Assembly (NCBI GenBank): GCA_964499355.1
Contig: CAZCKT010000001.1
Location: forward strand, 1 to 34,394
DNA from: an uncultured Candidatus Saccharibacteria bacterium
Lineage (GTDB): Bacteria; Patescibacteriota; Dojkabacteria; GCA-002793355
Reading direction: 5' to 3'
Length of the DNA: 34,394 nt
Below are positions 16,367 through 25,180 of this stretch, in pieces; position 1 is the first letter of the stretch; every line of letters begins with the position of its first letter. Below the pieces are notes generated by a model. The model ran no database searches, was not told the DNA's origin, and saw only the letters and a list, made by a program, of their open reading frames with translations. A program made the position numbers and the translations under genes.

Positions 16367-19291
16367 CTAACTCGCAAGTCCCATTACTTCATCATCGTCA
16401 GCGACTCGGAATACTTTTACTCCAAATGTTTGTCGGTTTGCCAAAACTGGAATGCTTTGGAAGTTCGTTTTGATTACTTGACCTTGTTTTGAGATCAAGA
16501 TAATTTCGGTATCTTCAGTTCTTTCTGATTCTGGGAAGATTCTCGCAACTCGGAGGTTACCTGTTTTACCACCAATCTTTGCTGCGAATATTCCTGTTCC
16601 TCCTCGGTGTTGCTTTTTGAATTCTGCAAGTGCGGTAGCTTTTCCAAAACCTTGTGCTGAAACCGTCAATAATAGGTCGGTTTTATTACTGACAATATCG
16701 AACGAGATTACCATGTCATCTTTCTTCATACCTATTCCTTTCACACCCATCGTATTTCGGCCACTTTCTTTCACTTCCTTTTCTGGGAAGCGAATTGATT
16801 TACCTTTTTGAGTTACAAGGATAAGCTCGTCTTCTCCTGTGGTTAATTGTGCTTGTACTAGACGATCATTATCTTTCAGAACTATAGAAACTAAGCCATT
16901 CTTGCGGATGTTATCGTAATCTGAAAGTTCAGTCTTCTTCACAATCCCATTTGCTGTTGCCATTGCAATATACTTCCCATTCGCACGGCTTTGCAATGAA
17001 AGTAATGAACTAACTTCGGTGTTCGGTGTAATCTGCAAGAGGTTTACAATTGGTAATCCCTTTGCGACTTTCTTTGCTTCTGGAATTTCATAGCCACGGA
17101 GTTTGAATACTTTACCATCAGACATAAAGACTAATAACCAGTCGTGCGTTTGACATAAGAGTACGTGGTTGACGTAATCATTTTCCTTCAATTTTGCGCC
17201 AATCGAACCTTTACCGCCGCGGTGTTGGAGTCTGTATTCTTCTGGTGAAACGCGCTTGATGTATCCAGTTCTGCTAATGGTTACGAAAGTTGGCTCGTTT
17301 GGTACTAGATCTTCTTCTTGTGGTTCATCAACGTCACCTTTGAATACTTTCGTTCGTCGTTTGTCGGCGTATTTCTCTTTTACTTCTGCCAAGTCGGTTT
17401 TGACTAAATCTAAGATCATCGATTCTTTTGCTAAGTACATTTCGTGGTGCTTAATGTTTTCCATTAAACCATTGTAATCATCAAGAATCTTTTGTCTTTC
17501 TAATGCGACTAATCGTTTAAGAGACATATCAAGAATCGCTTGTGCTTGAACATCGGTAAGATCAAATCTTTCCATCAAGTTTGTTTTCGCTTCATCTTGT
17601 GATGCTGAGGCACGAATTACTTTGATAACTTCATCAATAAAATCTAGCGCTTTCAATAACCCTTCGAGGATGTGAGCTGAATATTTATTCTGTGCGAGTT
17701 CGAATTCGAGTTTTCGAATAATGACGGTCATTCGGTGCTCAAGGTATAACTCGAGCATTCGCTTAAGGTTAAGCGTTTTTGGTTCATCATCAACTAATGC
17801 AATCATATTTGCATTGAAATTCATCTGCAATGGCGTGTACTTAAACAGCTTTTGCATTATGATTTGAGGTGAATATCCAGACTTAATCTCGATATAGACC
17901 CGAATTTCGTTCTTTGCTGATTCGTCTCGGAGATCCTTAACTCCTTCAATCTTTCCATCATGGACAAGCTGTGCAATTTGTTCCATTAATACGGCTTTGT
18001 TCACTTGGAATGGAATCTCAGTAATGATGATTGCTTGTCTGCCTGCGTTTGTTTCTTCAACGTTCATCACACCACGCATTTTTACTCGACCGTTTCCAGT
18101 TTCGTAGTAGTTGATGATGTCTTTTTGATTATAGATTTGACCACCGGTTGGGAAGTCAGGTCCTTTAATATGCTTGATTAGGTCAAGGGTCGTGACTTGT
18201 GAAATGAATCTTGGGTACAGGGATATGATTGGTGCTCCTGTAAAATCCTTTGTGATTTCTTCGAGCATTGCTCGGTTAAATCCAAGTTCTTCAATGTTTT
18301 CGACAAGAATACCTTGCTTAACGAAAAGTTGTAATGCTGCTACCTTTTCTTTGTATTGTGGGTCGTTTGGTGCAACATAGTTTTCCCAGTATTCAAATGG
18401 TTCACCATTTAGTAATTGTGGAACTCGGCTCTTTTGTTCTCGCATATTTCGCAAAGCGTTGTATGCAGATTTTCCTTCCCATGTGTTTCCTTGCTCGATC
18501 ATTGAGATCAATGCGTCAATCAATTCGCCAAGGTTATGTGGTGGAATTTTAGTTGCCATACCGACAGCAATACCACTTGTTCCGTTCGCTAGTAAGTTTG
18601 GAAATGCTGCTGGAAGTGCTACGGGCTCGTTTCTTGTTCCATCATAATTGACTCGATATAATACTGTTCCTTTTTCGATATCTTTAAGAAGTTCTACTGC
18701 AATTTTTGAAAATTTTGCTTCGGTATAACGCATACTTGCTGCGACGTCTCCATCGATTGAACCGAAGTTACCCTGTCCATGTACCAATGGGTAACGCATG
18801 GTAAATGGTTGGACCATGTTGACGAGAGTTTGATAGATTGCTTGGTCACCGTGAGGATGATAGTTACCCATTGCTTCACCAACAATTTTTGCTGATTTTC
18901 TGGTTGCTCCTGTTGGCCAAAGAGTAAGATCACGCATTGCAACAGTAACACGTCGCTGTGATGGCTTAACACCGTCTTTAACATCTGGAATCGCACGGTC
19001 AACGATTACACTCATCGCATAGTCAATGAAGTCCTTTTTAAGCTCATCTGTGATCGAAATTGAAACAGTATCACCTGCTTTCATTCCTGCACCTGTGGTT
19101 AGCATGTCGCTTAACCCTTCTGTTACTGATTCTCCAATTTCTAAATCGCCGGTCGCTGTCTTGTAATCATCGGATTCTTCCTCTGTGACTGCCGTAGATG
19201 TGGCAGATTCCTTTGGTTCAGAACCTTCTTCAATTTGTTCATCAATGAGTTTTTTGACGTCTTCTGGGACGGGTGTTTTATCTTTTGTCAT
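16367..19291 (-). CDS. gyrA: DNA gyrase subunit A
   Basis: DYAMSVIVDRAIPDVKDGVKPSQRR, QRDR NYHPHGDQAIYQTLV, active-site AASMRYTEAK, GPDFPTGG, and GyrA box QHRGGKG at the start of the beta-pinwheel CTD (arguing against ParC). 974 aa because of an N-terminal acidic extension and an internal insertion. Confidence 0.95.
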   Translation of the reverse strand: MTKDKTPVPEDVKKLIDEQIEEGSEPKESATSTAVTEEESDDYKTATGDLEIGESVTEGLSDMLTTGAGMKAGDTVSISITDELKKDFIDYAMSVIVDRAIPDVKDGVKPSQRRVTVAMRDLTLWPTGATRKSAKIVGEAMGNYHPHGDQAIYQTLVNMVQPFTMRYPLVHGQGNFGSIDGDVAASMRYTEAKFSKIAVELLKDIEKGTVLYRVNYDGTRNEPVALPAAFPNLLANGTSGIAVGMATKIPPHNLGELIDALISMIEQGNTWEGKSAYNALRNMREQKSRVPQLLNGEPFEYWENYVAPNDPQYKEKVAALQLFVKQGILVENIEELGFNRAMLEEITKDFTGAPIISLYPRFISQVTTLDLIKHIKGPDFPTGGQIYNQKDIINYYETGNGRVKMRGVMNVEETNAGRQAIIITEIPFQVNKAVLMEQIAQLVHDGKIEGVKDLRDESAKNEIRVYIEIKSGYSPQIIMQKLFKYTPLQMNFNANMIALVDDEPKTLNLKRMLELYLEHRMTVIIRKLEFELAQNKYSAHILEGLLKALDFIDEVIKVIRASASQDEAKTNLMERFDLTDVQAQAILDMSLKRLVALERQKILDDYNGLMENIKHHEMYLAKESMILDLVKTDLAEVKEKYADKRRTKVFKGDVDEPQEEDLVPNEPTFVTISRTGYIKRVSPEEYRLQHRGGKGSIGAKLKENDYVNHVLLCQTHDWLLVFMSDGKVFKLRGYEIPEAKKVAKGLPIVNLLQITPNTEVSSLLSLQSRANGKYIAMATANGIVKKTELSDYDNIRKNGLVSIVLKDNDRLVQAQLTTGEDELILVTQKGKSIRFPEKEVKESGRNTMGVKGIGMKKDDMVISFDIVSNKTDLLLTVSAQGFGKATALAEFKKQHRGGTGIFAAKIGGKTGNLRVARIFPESERTEDTEIILISKQGQVIKTNFQSIPVLANRQTFGVKVFRVADDDEVMGLAS

Positions 19292-19299
19292 ACGTGGCT

Positions 19300-19328
19300 A
19301 TTCTATGGGAAAAATGGGGCGGAGTCAA
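19300..19328 (-). promoter_or_regulatory. sigma70-type promoter of gyrA (TTGACT-17 bp-TAGAAT)
   Basis: Minus-strand TTGACT at 19328-19323, exact 17-bp spacer, TAGAAT at 19305-19300, then 8 nt to ATG 19291. No SD. Confidence 0.55.
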
Positions 19329-19332
19329 TCAT

Positions 19333-20286
19333 TTAGCGTGCATTTTGCAAGCGGTCGATAGGGTTACCTTTGAGTTGTTTTGGAATAATTCCGACCATGC
19401 GAAACAAACCTGGTTGAGGGTCTACTCCACCACCACGAGGGTCATCCCATTTTTCAAGGTAATTCTCAAGTCTTAAAACTTGTAGTGAATCTTGGTGTTG
19501 TGTCTGTGGAACTGGTGGCTTTGGATCGACAATAGTAACAGGGTTGTCGGAATTTTCATCTAGGCTGGTAATTAAGAAGATATGTCCCCATCCATATTTG
19601 TATCCGAAGCAAAGAATAAAACCACCTTTGTCAATAATATCTTTCTTCGCCGTTGTAAATAACTCATCCCATTTAAATCGAGGAAATAGATATAAGTCTC
19701 TTACGCCATAGTCGGGGGGCAACTCTTTTGTTTCGTATAATTCATGATTTGGATCAAGAATTTCGAGTGCTGGTGAAAGTGCTGCATCGTTTATTAGAGG
19801 TGCATCTGATTGCGGAACAATGTATTCGGTATATCCCCGAATATCAGTATATTGTTTCCCTCGAAGCTTATGAAAAATGTCAATAATTCGGATATCTGGA
19901 ACAATTCCTGTAGCAAAATAATAGCTAATTTTTTGTATCATCGCGAAACATGCTAACCCGCAACTGTTGTCCATGAATTTCTGCATTGCTACTTCCAGAA
20001 AATCGTATCCTTCTACTTCGTTTGGGTCACCTTGTTTTGAAAGAATTACCGGTTCATTTGTACCAACTTTATCTGTAAAGAAAGTTGGTTCTTGTAGTAA
20101 GTGCTTTGCTTGGGACCTTGTAAGTAAACGCCACTCTTCTTCAGTCGGATATGGTCTTGTGACGTCATCTGGTTTATAACCTAAACCTGCAGCAACTAAA
20201 GCGGCAAAACCAGCAAAACCAGCTACCATAAAGGCGCGTCTTACGCCACCGAACTCTTCTGGAGTTTGTGGTGGTATTACTGCCAC
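19333..20286 (-). CDS. exported papain-like cysteine peptidase (C39-like domain) with N-terminal anchor/signal
   Basis: DNSCGLACFAMIQ (catalytic Cys context of C39-like peptidases) and a later GWGHIFLITS His. N-terminus GGVRRAFMVAGFAGFAALVAAGLG is an RR-x-F motif plus a hydrophobic stretch, Tat-like. GTG 20286 is preceded by AGGAA. Confidence 0.5.
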   Translation of the reverse strand: MAVIPPQTPEEFGGVRRAFMVAGFAGFAALVAAGLGYKPDDVTRPYPTEEEWRLLTRSQAKHLLQEPTFFTDKVGTNEPVILSKQGDPNEVEGYDFLEVAMQKFMDNSCGLACFAMIQKISYYFATGIVPDIRIIDIFHKLRGKQYTDIRGYTEYIVPQSDAPLINDAALSPALEILDPNHELYETKELPPDYGVRDLYLFPRFKWDELFTTAKKDIIDKGGFILCFGYKYGWGHIFLITSLDENSDNPVTIVDPKPPVPQTQHQDSLQVLRLENYLEKWDDPRGGGVDPQPGLFRMVGIIPKQLKGNPIDRLQNAR

Positions 20287-20293
20287 TTATTTC

Positions 20294-20800
20294 CTATTTA
20301 AATGAGACCATTTCTACTTCGAAAATCAACGTTGCATTTGGTGGAATAACGCCACCTGCTCCTGTTGATCCATATCCTAATGATGGTGGAATAACAAGTT
20401 TTCTCTTCTCGCCAACTTTCATTCCAACAACACCTTGATCCCAACCTTTAATAACATTTCCTGCACCAAGAACAAAGGTAAATGTTTGTTTTCTGTCATA
20501 AGAACTGTCGAATTTTGTTCCATCCTTTAATGTTCCAACATAGTTAACAGAAACAGACTGTCCTGCTTTTGCTCCTTCACCTGTTCCCTCCTTTAATGTG
20601 GTCATTTCAAAGGTATCGGTATTTGTTGTTGCACCAGCGACTGTTGGAGTTGGTGTCGTTGTTGCATTTGTTGTTCCGTCTGGGTTTGCCATGATGTAAT
20701 AAACTAAAATTAATGAACTTATTATTGCGAGTGAAACAATCGTTGGAACGACGTATTCTGTCGCATTTGCCAAAAGTGGCGTTTTATTTTCTTGTGCCAT
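20294..20800 (-). CDS. membrane-anchored FKBP-type peptidyl-prolyl cis-trans isomerase
   Basis: VSVNYVGTLKDGTKFDSSYDR..FTFVLGAGNVIKGWDQGVVGMKVGEKRKLVIPPSLGYG..IPPNATLIFEVE is a canonical FKBP domain. One N-terminal TM and a Thr-rich linker. TTG 20809 is an alternative start. Confidence 0.9.
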   Translation of the reverse strand: MAQENKTPLLANATEYVVPTIVSLAIISSLILVYYIMANPDGTTNATTTPTPTVAGATTNTDTFEMTTLKEGTGEGAKAGQSVSVNYVGTLKDGTKFDSSYDRKQTFTFVLGAGNVIKGWDQGVVGMKVGEKRKLVIPPSLGYGSTGAGGVIPPNATLIFEVEMVSFK

Positions 20801-20815
20801 ACTTTTCAATAAATA

Positions 20816-21778
20816 TTATCCCTGAATAATTGTTCGTTCCTTCTGTCCAAAGCTGGACGAAATAGTTCCTTTGTCCTCAGCAATTTTACGAATGAGTGAA
20901 ACCAGAACGAAAGCTATTGTAATAAAGATTATCTGTTGGGTAAAGAGCGGTAACGATAACTGCCAAGGCATGACTAAGTCTCCAGATGCATTTGCAAATG
21001 GCCAGATTGCACGAAGTGATGCCAATATAAGTCCAACTATGAATGCTAAAAGAAGTGATTTGTACTTATTCATGAATAACTCTAAAAGTCTGACGCAAAC
21101 TAACATACCGATGCCAAGTCCAACAAAGAACAAAAGCAGTGATAGGAATGAATACAAATCTGCATTTCTCGAAGTAATATGGTCAACAGAAGCTAGTAAT
21201 GGTGCATATAACCCCATTATCAAAAGAGCAAAAGAAATACTAATACCAGGGAAGAATCCTGCAAACGAGGCAAGAAGACCTCCACCAAGGAACAAGAGTA
21301 ATCCTGGTTCAGTTGCAGCTTCGCCTGCTTTAATACTAAACAATCCATAAAAAGCTGCAAACGTTGCTAAGAAAAGTAAGAATTCTTTCCAGGTTTTATT
21401 GTCCATTTCTTTATAAGGAATGACAACACTAGCTAAGACAATACCAAATGAAATTGCTGCTACTTGTGATGGATACGTTTCAAATAACCCGCTGACTGTA
21501 TGGGATAATCCTACAATAGTTATAGCTAATCCAATAAAAATTGGTAACCCAAATCCCCAATGCATTGATTTGAAGGATACGGCTATTTCGTCTTTTTTTG
21601 CTTTTCCTAAAATAAATAAACCAATTGTTTTCAGGAATTCGGTTCCATCGTAAAAGAATTTAATCATTTCATTGTAAATTCCCCCTACTATGGCTACAGT
21701 TTGCATGCCAACACCTGGAAGTAACTCTCCCAATGCCATTATTATTCCCCAAGTGAAGTTTTTTAAGTAGGTGATCAT
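20816..21778 (-). CDS. DUF368-family membrane protein (family implicated in undecaprenyl-phosphate translocation)
   Basis: N-terminal ALGELLPGVGMQTVAIVGGIYNEMI matches the DUF368 signature (..iPGvSGGTiAlilGiY..li), with a second half-repeat FAGFFPGISISFALLIMGLY. Polytopic. ATG 21778 lies 5 nt after a TATACT. Confidence 0.75.
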   Translation of the reverse strand: MITYLKNFTWGIIMALGELLPGVGMQTVAIVGGIYNEMIKFFYDGTEFLKTIGLFILGKAKKDEIAVSFKSMHWGFGLPIFIGLAITIVGLSHTVSGLFETYPSQVAAISFGIVLASVVIPYKEMDNKTWKEFLLFLATFAAFYGLFSIKAGEAATEPGLLLFLGGGLLASFAGFFPGISISFALLIMGLYAPLLASVDHITSRNADLYSFLSLLLFFVGLGIGMLVCVRLLELFMNKYKSLLLAFIVGLILASLRAIWPFANASGDLVMPWQLSLPLFTQQIIFITIAFVLVSLIRKIAEDKGTISSSFGQKERTIIQG

Positions 21779-21783
21779 AGCTG

Positions 21784-21789
21784 AGTATA
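21784..21789 (-). promoter_or_regulatory. -10 box TATACT, 5 nt before ATG 21778
   Basis: Minus-strand GGTATACT, then cagct, then ATG. Confidence 0.35.
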
Positions 21790-21796
21790 CCAAATT

Positions 21797-22362
21797 TTAC
21801 TTTTGCGCGGGGTAATCATTTACTTCTATTTTTCCTTCTTGATATGAGGTTTCAAGTTTTTCGATTGTTTGCCAGTCACCGTCTGTTATTCGATCTGAAT
21901 ATTGATGCAATACAGCGAGTGCCGCTTTTTCAGATTCAGCAAAGTTTTCTCTTAACTCTGTAGCGACTTTACTTGAAACGATTTTGATAGACATATGATT
22001 TCCAAAAATTTTTCGTGATAACAATGCCACTCTTTCATTAAAGCCACAATCAGAGGCAATTATTGTAATTTCAGGATTTATTTCTTCTGCAATTAATCGC
22101 CGGAGCATTAGCAATTGTGGGAGTTTGGGTCTTGGATAATCGTTTTATTTGGAACGACGTGATTACTTAAATACGTAAACATTATGGAGGCTTGTGTTGG
22201 AAAGTTTTCTTCTGCATCTGCTGGCTTTCCTCCAGAGACAATAATCCTATCAAAATTTTGCTGATTCATTTCTTGGATCGCGGAATCGAGACGATTAGCT
22301 AGTGTTTCGGAAATCGTACCGTCGCTTTTGAGAGTAAAACCAAGAATTAATAATGTAGTCAT
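21797..22362 (-). pseudogene. DUF218 (YdcF/ElyC-like) gene split into two frames
   Basis: ORF 22362..22108 encodes the N-terminal half (LLILGFTL..RLDSAI..IIVSGGKP..QDPNSHNC*). ORF 22114..21797, in a different frame, encodes the C-terminal half (..ITIIASDCGFNERVALLSRKIFG). The break falls within the expected S-x-N-T-x-E-N motif. Confidence 0.6.
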
Positions 22363-23429
22363 TTTGTTAAATTACCATACAAATTAGCTTGTTCTAGCAA
22401 TTCTTCACACCGGTCAATCCACTTTTGTTCACCAAGACCGCTTTGTAATAACTCTTCATACCACTGTTTACGTCGGATAATCTCATCAATTCCAGCATTA
22501 GCTACTAGCTGATCGTTGGTTATTGCATACCCTGCCATATTCATTCCCATATCTGTGGGTGATTTATACGTTTGCATATAATTATTTTTTGGAATAATTT
22601 CTTTGAGTAATCCAGTAATAATGGGGAATGCATCGACATCTCTATTGTAATTTACTGCATCAATTCGATATGCATTTTCGTGATGGTAATCGTAAAGATT
22701 GAAATCTCCTATGTCCGCTGTCGCTGCTTCGTAGGCTAGATTGACTGGATGTTTGAGTGGCAAATTCCAAATTGGGAAGAGTTCAAATTTTGCATAACCC
22801 GAATCTTTTCCTTTTTGTTGATCGTGATAGATTTGTCCTAAACATGTGGACATTTTCCCGCTATTCGAGGCTGGGCCAATAACTAAAACTAGTGGTGATT
22901 TTGTTGGAACATATTCATCCTTTGCGTAACCATTATCAGAAACGACTACTTTTGGATCAGGATATCCAGGAATAATGTATCGAAGATATGTTTTGTACCC
23001 CTTAGATTCTAAAATTTGTTTGAAATCGGTGATTTTGGATGATAATTCAGAAACCAAATTGATAACCACAGATATTTCTACATCAAATACTTCGGAATAT
23101 TCAGCAATAATTTTGAGTGTTGAATCAGTATAATCTTCAGCAACATTTGTGAGCATTCGATTTGATTCGATGTCTTTTGCATTGACGCAGAAAATAATTT
23201 CAAATGGTTGATCTACAGCTTTTATAATATCTGGTTTTATCTTTGGATTAAATCCAAGCAAAACTCTCGCAGCATGCGGGTCATATAAAAATTTCCCACC
23301 TATTTCTAAGTACATTGTGCCATTCGTAAAATGCGACATTCTTTCTGTAATTGCGGCACTTTGTTTTTTTAAGTACAACGCGTTGTCAAAACCTAATTGG
23401 GTAACTGGTATTGTTTCTGTCGAATCCAC
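22359..23429 (-). CDS. DUF1846/UPF0371-family protein, C-terminally short (356 aa)
   Basis: GFDNALYLKKQS..MYLEIGGKFLYDPHAARVL, GPASNSGKMSTC, SGYAKFELFPIWNLPLKHPVNLAYEAATAD, VNYNRD and SPTDMGMNM match, as I recall them, the conserved blocks of Firmicute UPF0371 proteins (~500 aa). GTG start. ATGA overlap with the next gene. Confidence 0.75.
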   Translation of the reverse strand: MDSTETIPVTQLGFDNALYLKKQSAAITERMSHFTNGTMYLEIGGKFLYDPHAARVLLGFNPKIKPDIIKAVDQPFEIIFCVNAKDIESNRMLTNVAEDYTDSTLKIIAEYSEVFDVEISVVINLVSELSSKITDFKQILESKGYKTYLRYIIPGYPDPKVVVSDNGYAKDEYVPTKSPLVLVIGPASNSGKMSTCLGQIYHDQQKGKDSGYAKFELFPIWNLPLKHPVNLAYEAATADIGDFNLYDYHHENAYRIDAVNYNRDVDAFPIITGLLKEIIPKNNYMQTYKSPTDMGMNMAGYAITNDQLVANAGIDEIIRRKQWYEELLQSGLGEQKWIDRCEELLEQANLYGNLTK

Positions 23430-23440
23430 GTATGCTATCG

Positions 23441-24505
23441 TTAATTTATATCCAAGATTTCGGTATAATTTCCGAAAAACATGACTACTCTATCGATTCC
23501 TAATGCATTTCCACTACAGTCCGGAAGTCCATGTGCTAATGCTTCAACAAATTCCCAGTCGTAGGGATATTTTGTTTTATCACTACTCTGCTCTATTTTT
23601 TGAATTTCTCTTTCGAATGTTGATTTTTGCAAGGAAGCATCAGTATTTTCTGTATATGTGTCGCAGATTTCTAATCCATTAATCATAATTTCGAACCGTT
23701 CTGCCCAAACATTTCCGTTTGCCACTACCCCACTTTTGGGCTTTGCTAACGGCGATAGCTCATGTGGATAATCGTATAAAATTACAGGAATATTTCCTGG
23801 AAGGTTTGGTTCAACATAGGTTAAGAATAATTGGTTGAATAGTTCTTCCCAAGTAGTCGAATCTTCGATTATGATTGGTAGATTCTTTTTTTCAATTAAT
23901 TCTGCAAGCAAGGTAACCGAAAAGCAGCTAGTAGAATTATCCCAGGATTCTTCTAAATCAACCCCCAAATATTTTTTGAAAGAATCGTTGATACTTAGTC
24001 TAGTCCATGGACCTGTCAATGAAATTGTTTGAGTGCCGAAAGTGATATGTTGTTCATCGAGTTCTAGTCCGTTCGCAATGAAATGAAACAATTCTTCTGT
24101 TGTTTGCATGAGATTTTCATAGTTGCTTCCAACTTCGTACCATTCGAGCATTGAGAATTCTCCGAGATGTTTCCCTGACAAAGGTTCTCCATTTCTAAAA
24201 CTGCGTGTAATTGCAAAATTGCTGCCAAAACCAGCTGCTAAAAGTTTCTTTTGAAATGCTTCAGGTGATGTCATGAGAAACTTTTTTTCGGTTGTTTTGC
24301 CATCAAGCCCTACCCTTCTTGATTCAGTGTCATAAATATCCAAATAAGATTCAGGGATAAGTGCATTATTAAGAATCGGAGGTTCAACTTCAAGCAAATT
24401 TTTCTCAAGGAAAAATTTGCGAATCAAACCTACTATCTTCAATTTTAAAAGATATTGTTTTTTAACAGATGGATTTGTAAGTAACTGTTGGAAGAATGAT
24501 GCCAT
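23441..24505 (-). CDS. epmA: EF-P--beta-lysine ligase EpmA (PoxA/GenX, truncated class II LysRS paralog)
   Basis: Class II aaRS motif 2 region ITRSFRNGEPLSGKHLGEFSMLEWY and motif 3 GNALGIDRVVMF. No anticodon-binding domain (354 aa). Directly downstream of efp. Confidence 0.8.
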   Translation of the reverse strand: MASFFQQLLTNPSVKKQYLLKLKIVGLIRKFFLEKNLLEVEPPILNNALIPESYLDIYDTESRRVGLDGKTTEKKFLMTSPEAFQKKLLAAGFGSNFAITRSFRNGEPLSGKHLGEFSMLEWYEVGSNYENLMQTTEELFHFIANGLELDEQHITFGTQTISLTGPWTRLSINDSFKKYLGVDLEESWDNSTSCFSVTLLAELIEKKNLPIIIEDSTTWEELFNQLFLTYVEPNLPGNIPVILYDYPHELSPLAKPKSGVVANGNVWAERFEIMINGLEICDTYTENTDASLQKSTFEREIQKIEQSSDKTKYPYDWEFVEALAHGLPDCSGNALGIDRVVMFFGNYTEILDIN

Positions 24506-24510
24506 CAATG

Positions 24511-24516
24511 ATTATA
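24511..24516 (-). promoter_or_regulatory. -10 box TATAAT, 5 nt before epmA ATG 24505
   Basis: Minus-strand TTGTATAAT, then cattg, then ATG. Confidence 0.4.
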
Positions 24517-24556
24517 CAACAGAACCTATTAATACTCATACGTGATTATTCTACGA

Positions 24557-25120
24557 TTATTCAGTAGTTCGTCCCATGTAGGTCCCATATTCAGGGTCAA
24601 TTTTGACCTTGGTCCCAATTTCTATGAATAATGGGACTTGAATAACAGCACCTGTTTCGACGGTTGCTTCTTTGGTTGCACTGTTCGATGTGTTTCCCTT
24701 TACTGCGGCTGAAGTTTCTGTAATTTCAAGAATGACTTGTGGGGGAAACTTAATAGAGATAGGCTTTTCGTTGTAAACAATAAGAATATATTCGCTTCCT
24801 GCTTTCATATACTTAAGATAGTTTGCAAGAAGATCATTTGAAAGTTCGAATTGTTCGTAAGTATTTGGATCCATGAATGTCGAAATATTTGCATCACTGT
24901 ACAAGTACTGCATTGTTCGAAAGTTGACATCTAATTCCTCTACTCGTTCTCCTGATTTGAAAGTAAATGGAATAACTCGGTTCGTATTTAAGTTTTTCAT
25001 TTTAACGCGGGTAAATGCTGATCCTTTACCTGGTGAATAAAACTCTGCGTCGGTTATAAAATATGGCTCGTTGTTGAACATGATGAACATGTTCTTTTTG
25101 ATGTTGTCTGTTTGTGCCAT
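24557..25120 (-). CDS. efp: translation elongation factor P
   Basis: FYSPGKGSAFTRVKMKNL loop with conserved Lys32 (AAA at 25027-25025). Three-domain length of 187 aa. C-terminal VPLFIEIGTKVKIDPE..YMGR. Confidence 0.93.
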   Translation of the reverse strand: MAQTDNIKKNMFIMFNNEPYFITDAEFYSPGKGSAFTRVKMKNLNTNRVIPFTFKSGERVEELDVNFRTMQYLYSDANISTFMDPNTYEQFELSNDLLANYLKYMKAGSEYILIVYNEKPISIKFPPQVILEITETSAAVKGNTSNSATKEATVETGAVIQVPLFIEIGTKVKIDPEYGTYMGRTTE

Positions 25121-25153
25121 TGCTATGCGTTATTAATTTGGTTTTCTGGTCGA

Positions 25154-25162
25154 ATTATAGCA
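25154..25162 (-). promoter_or_regulatory. extended -10 TGCTATAAT upstream of efp
   Basis: Minus-strand GTGCTATAAT about 33 nt upstream of ATG 25120. Here a short 5' UTR is present. Confidence 0.45.
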
Positions 25163-25180
25163 CGCAGCAAATAATTTTGG

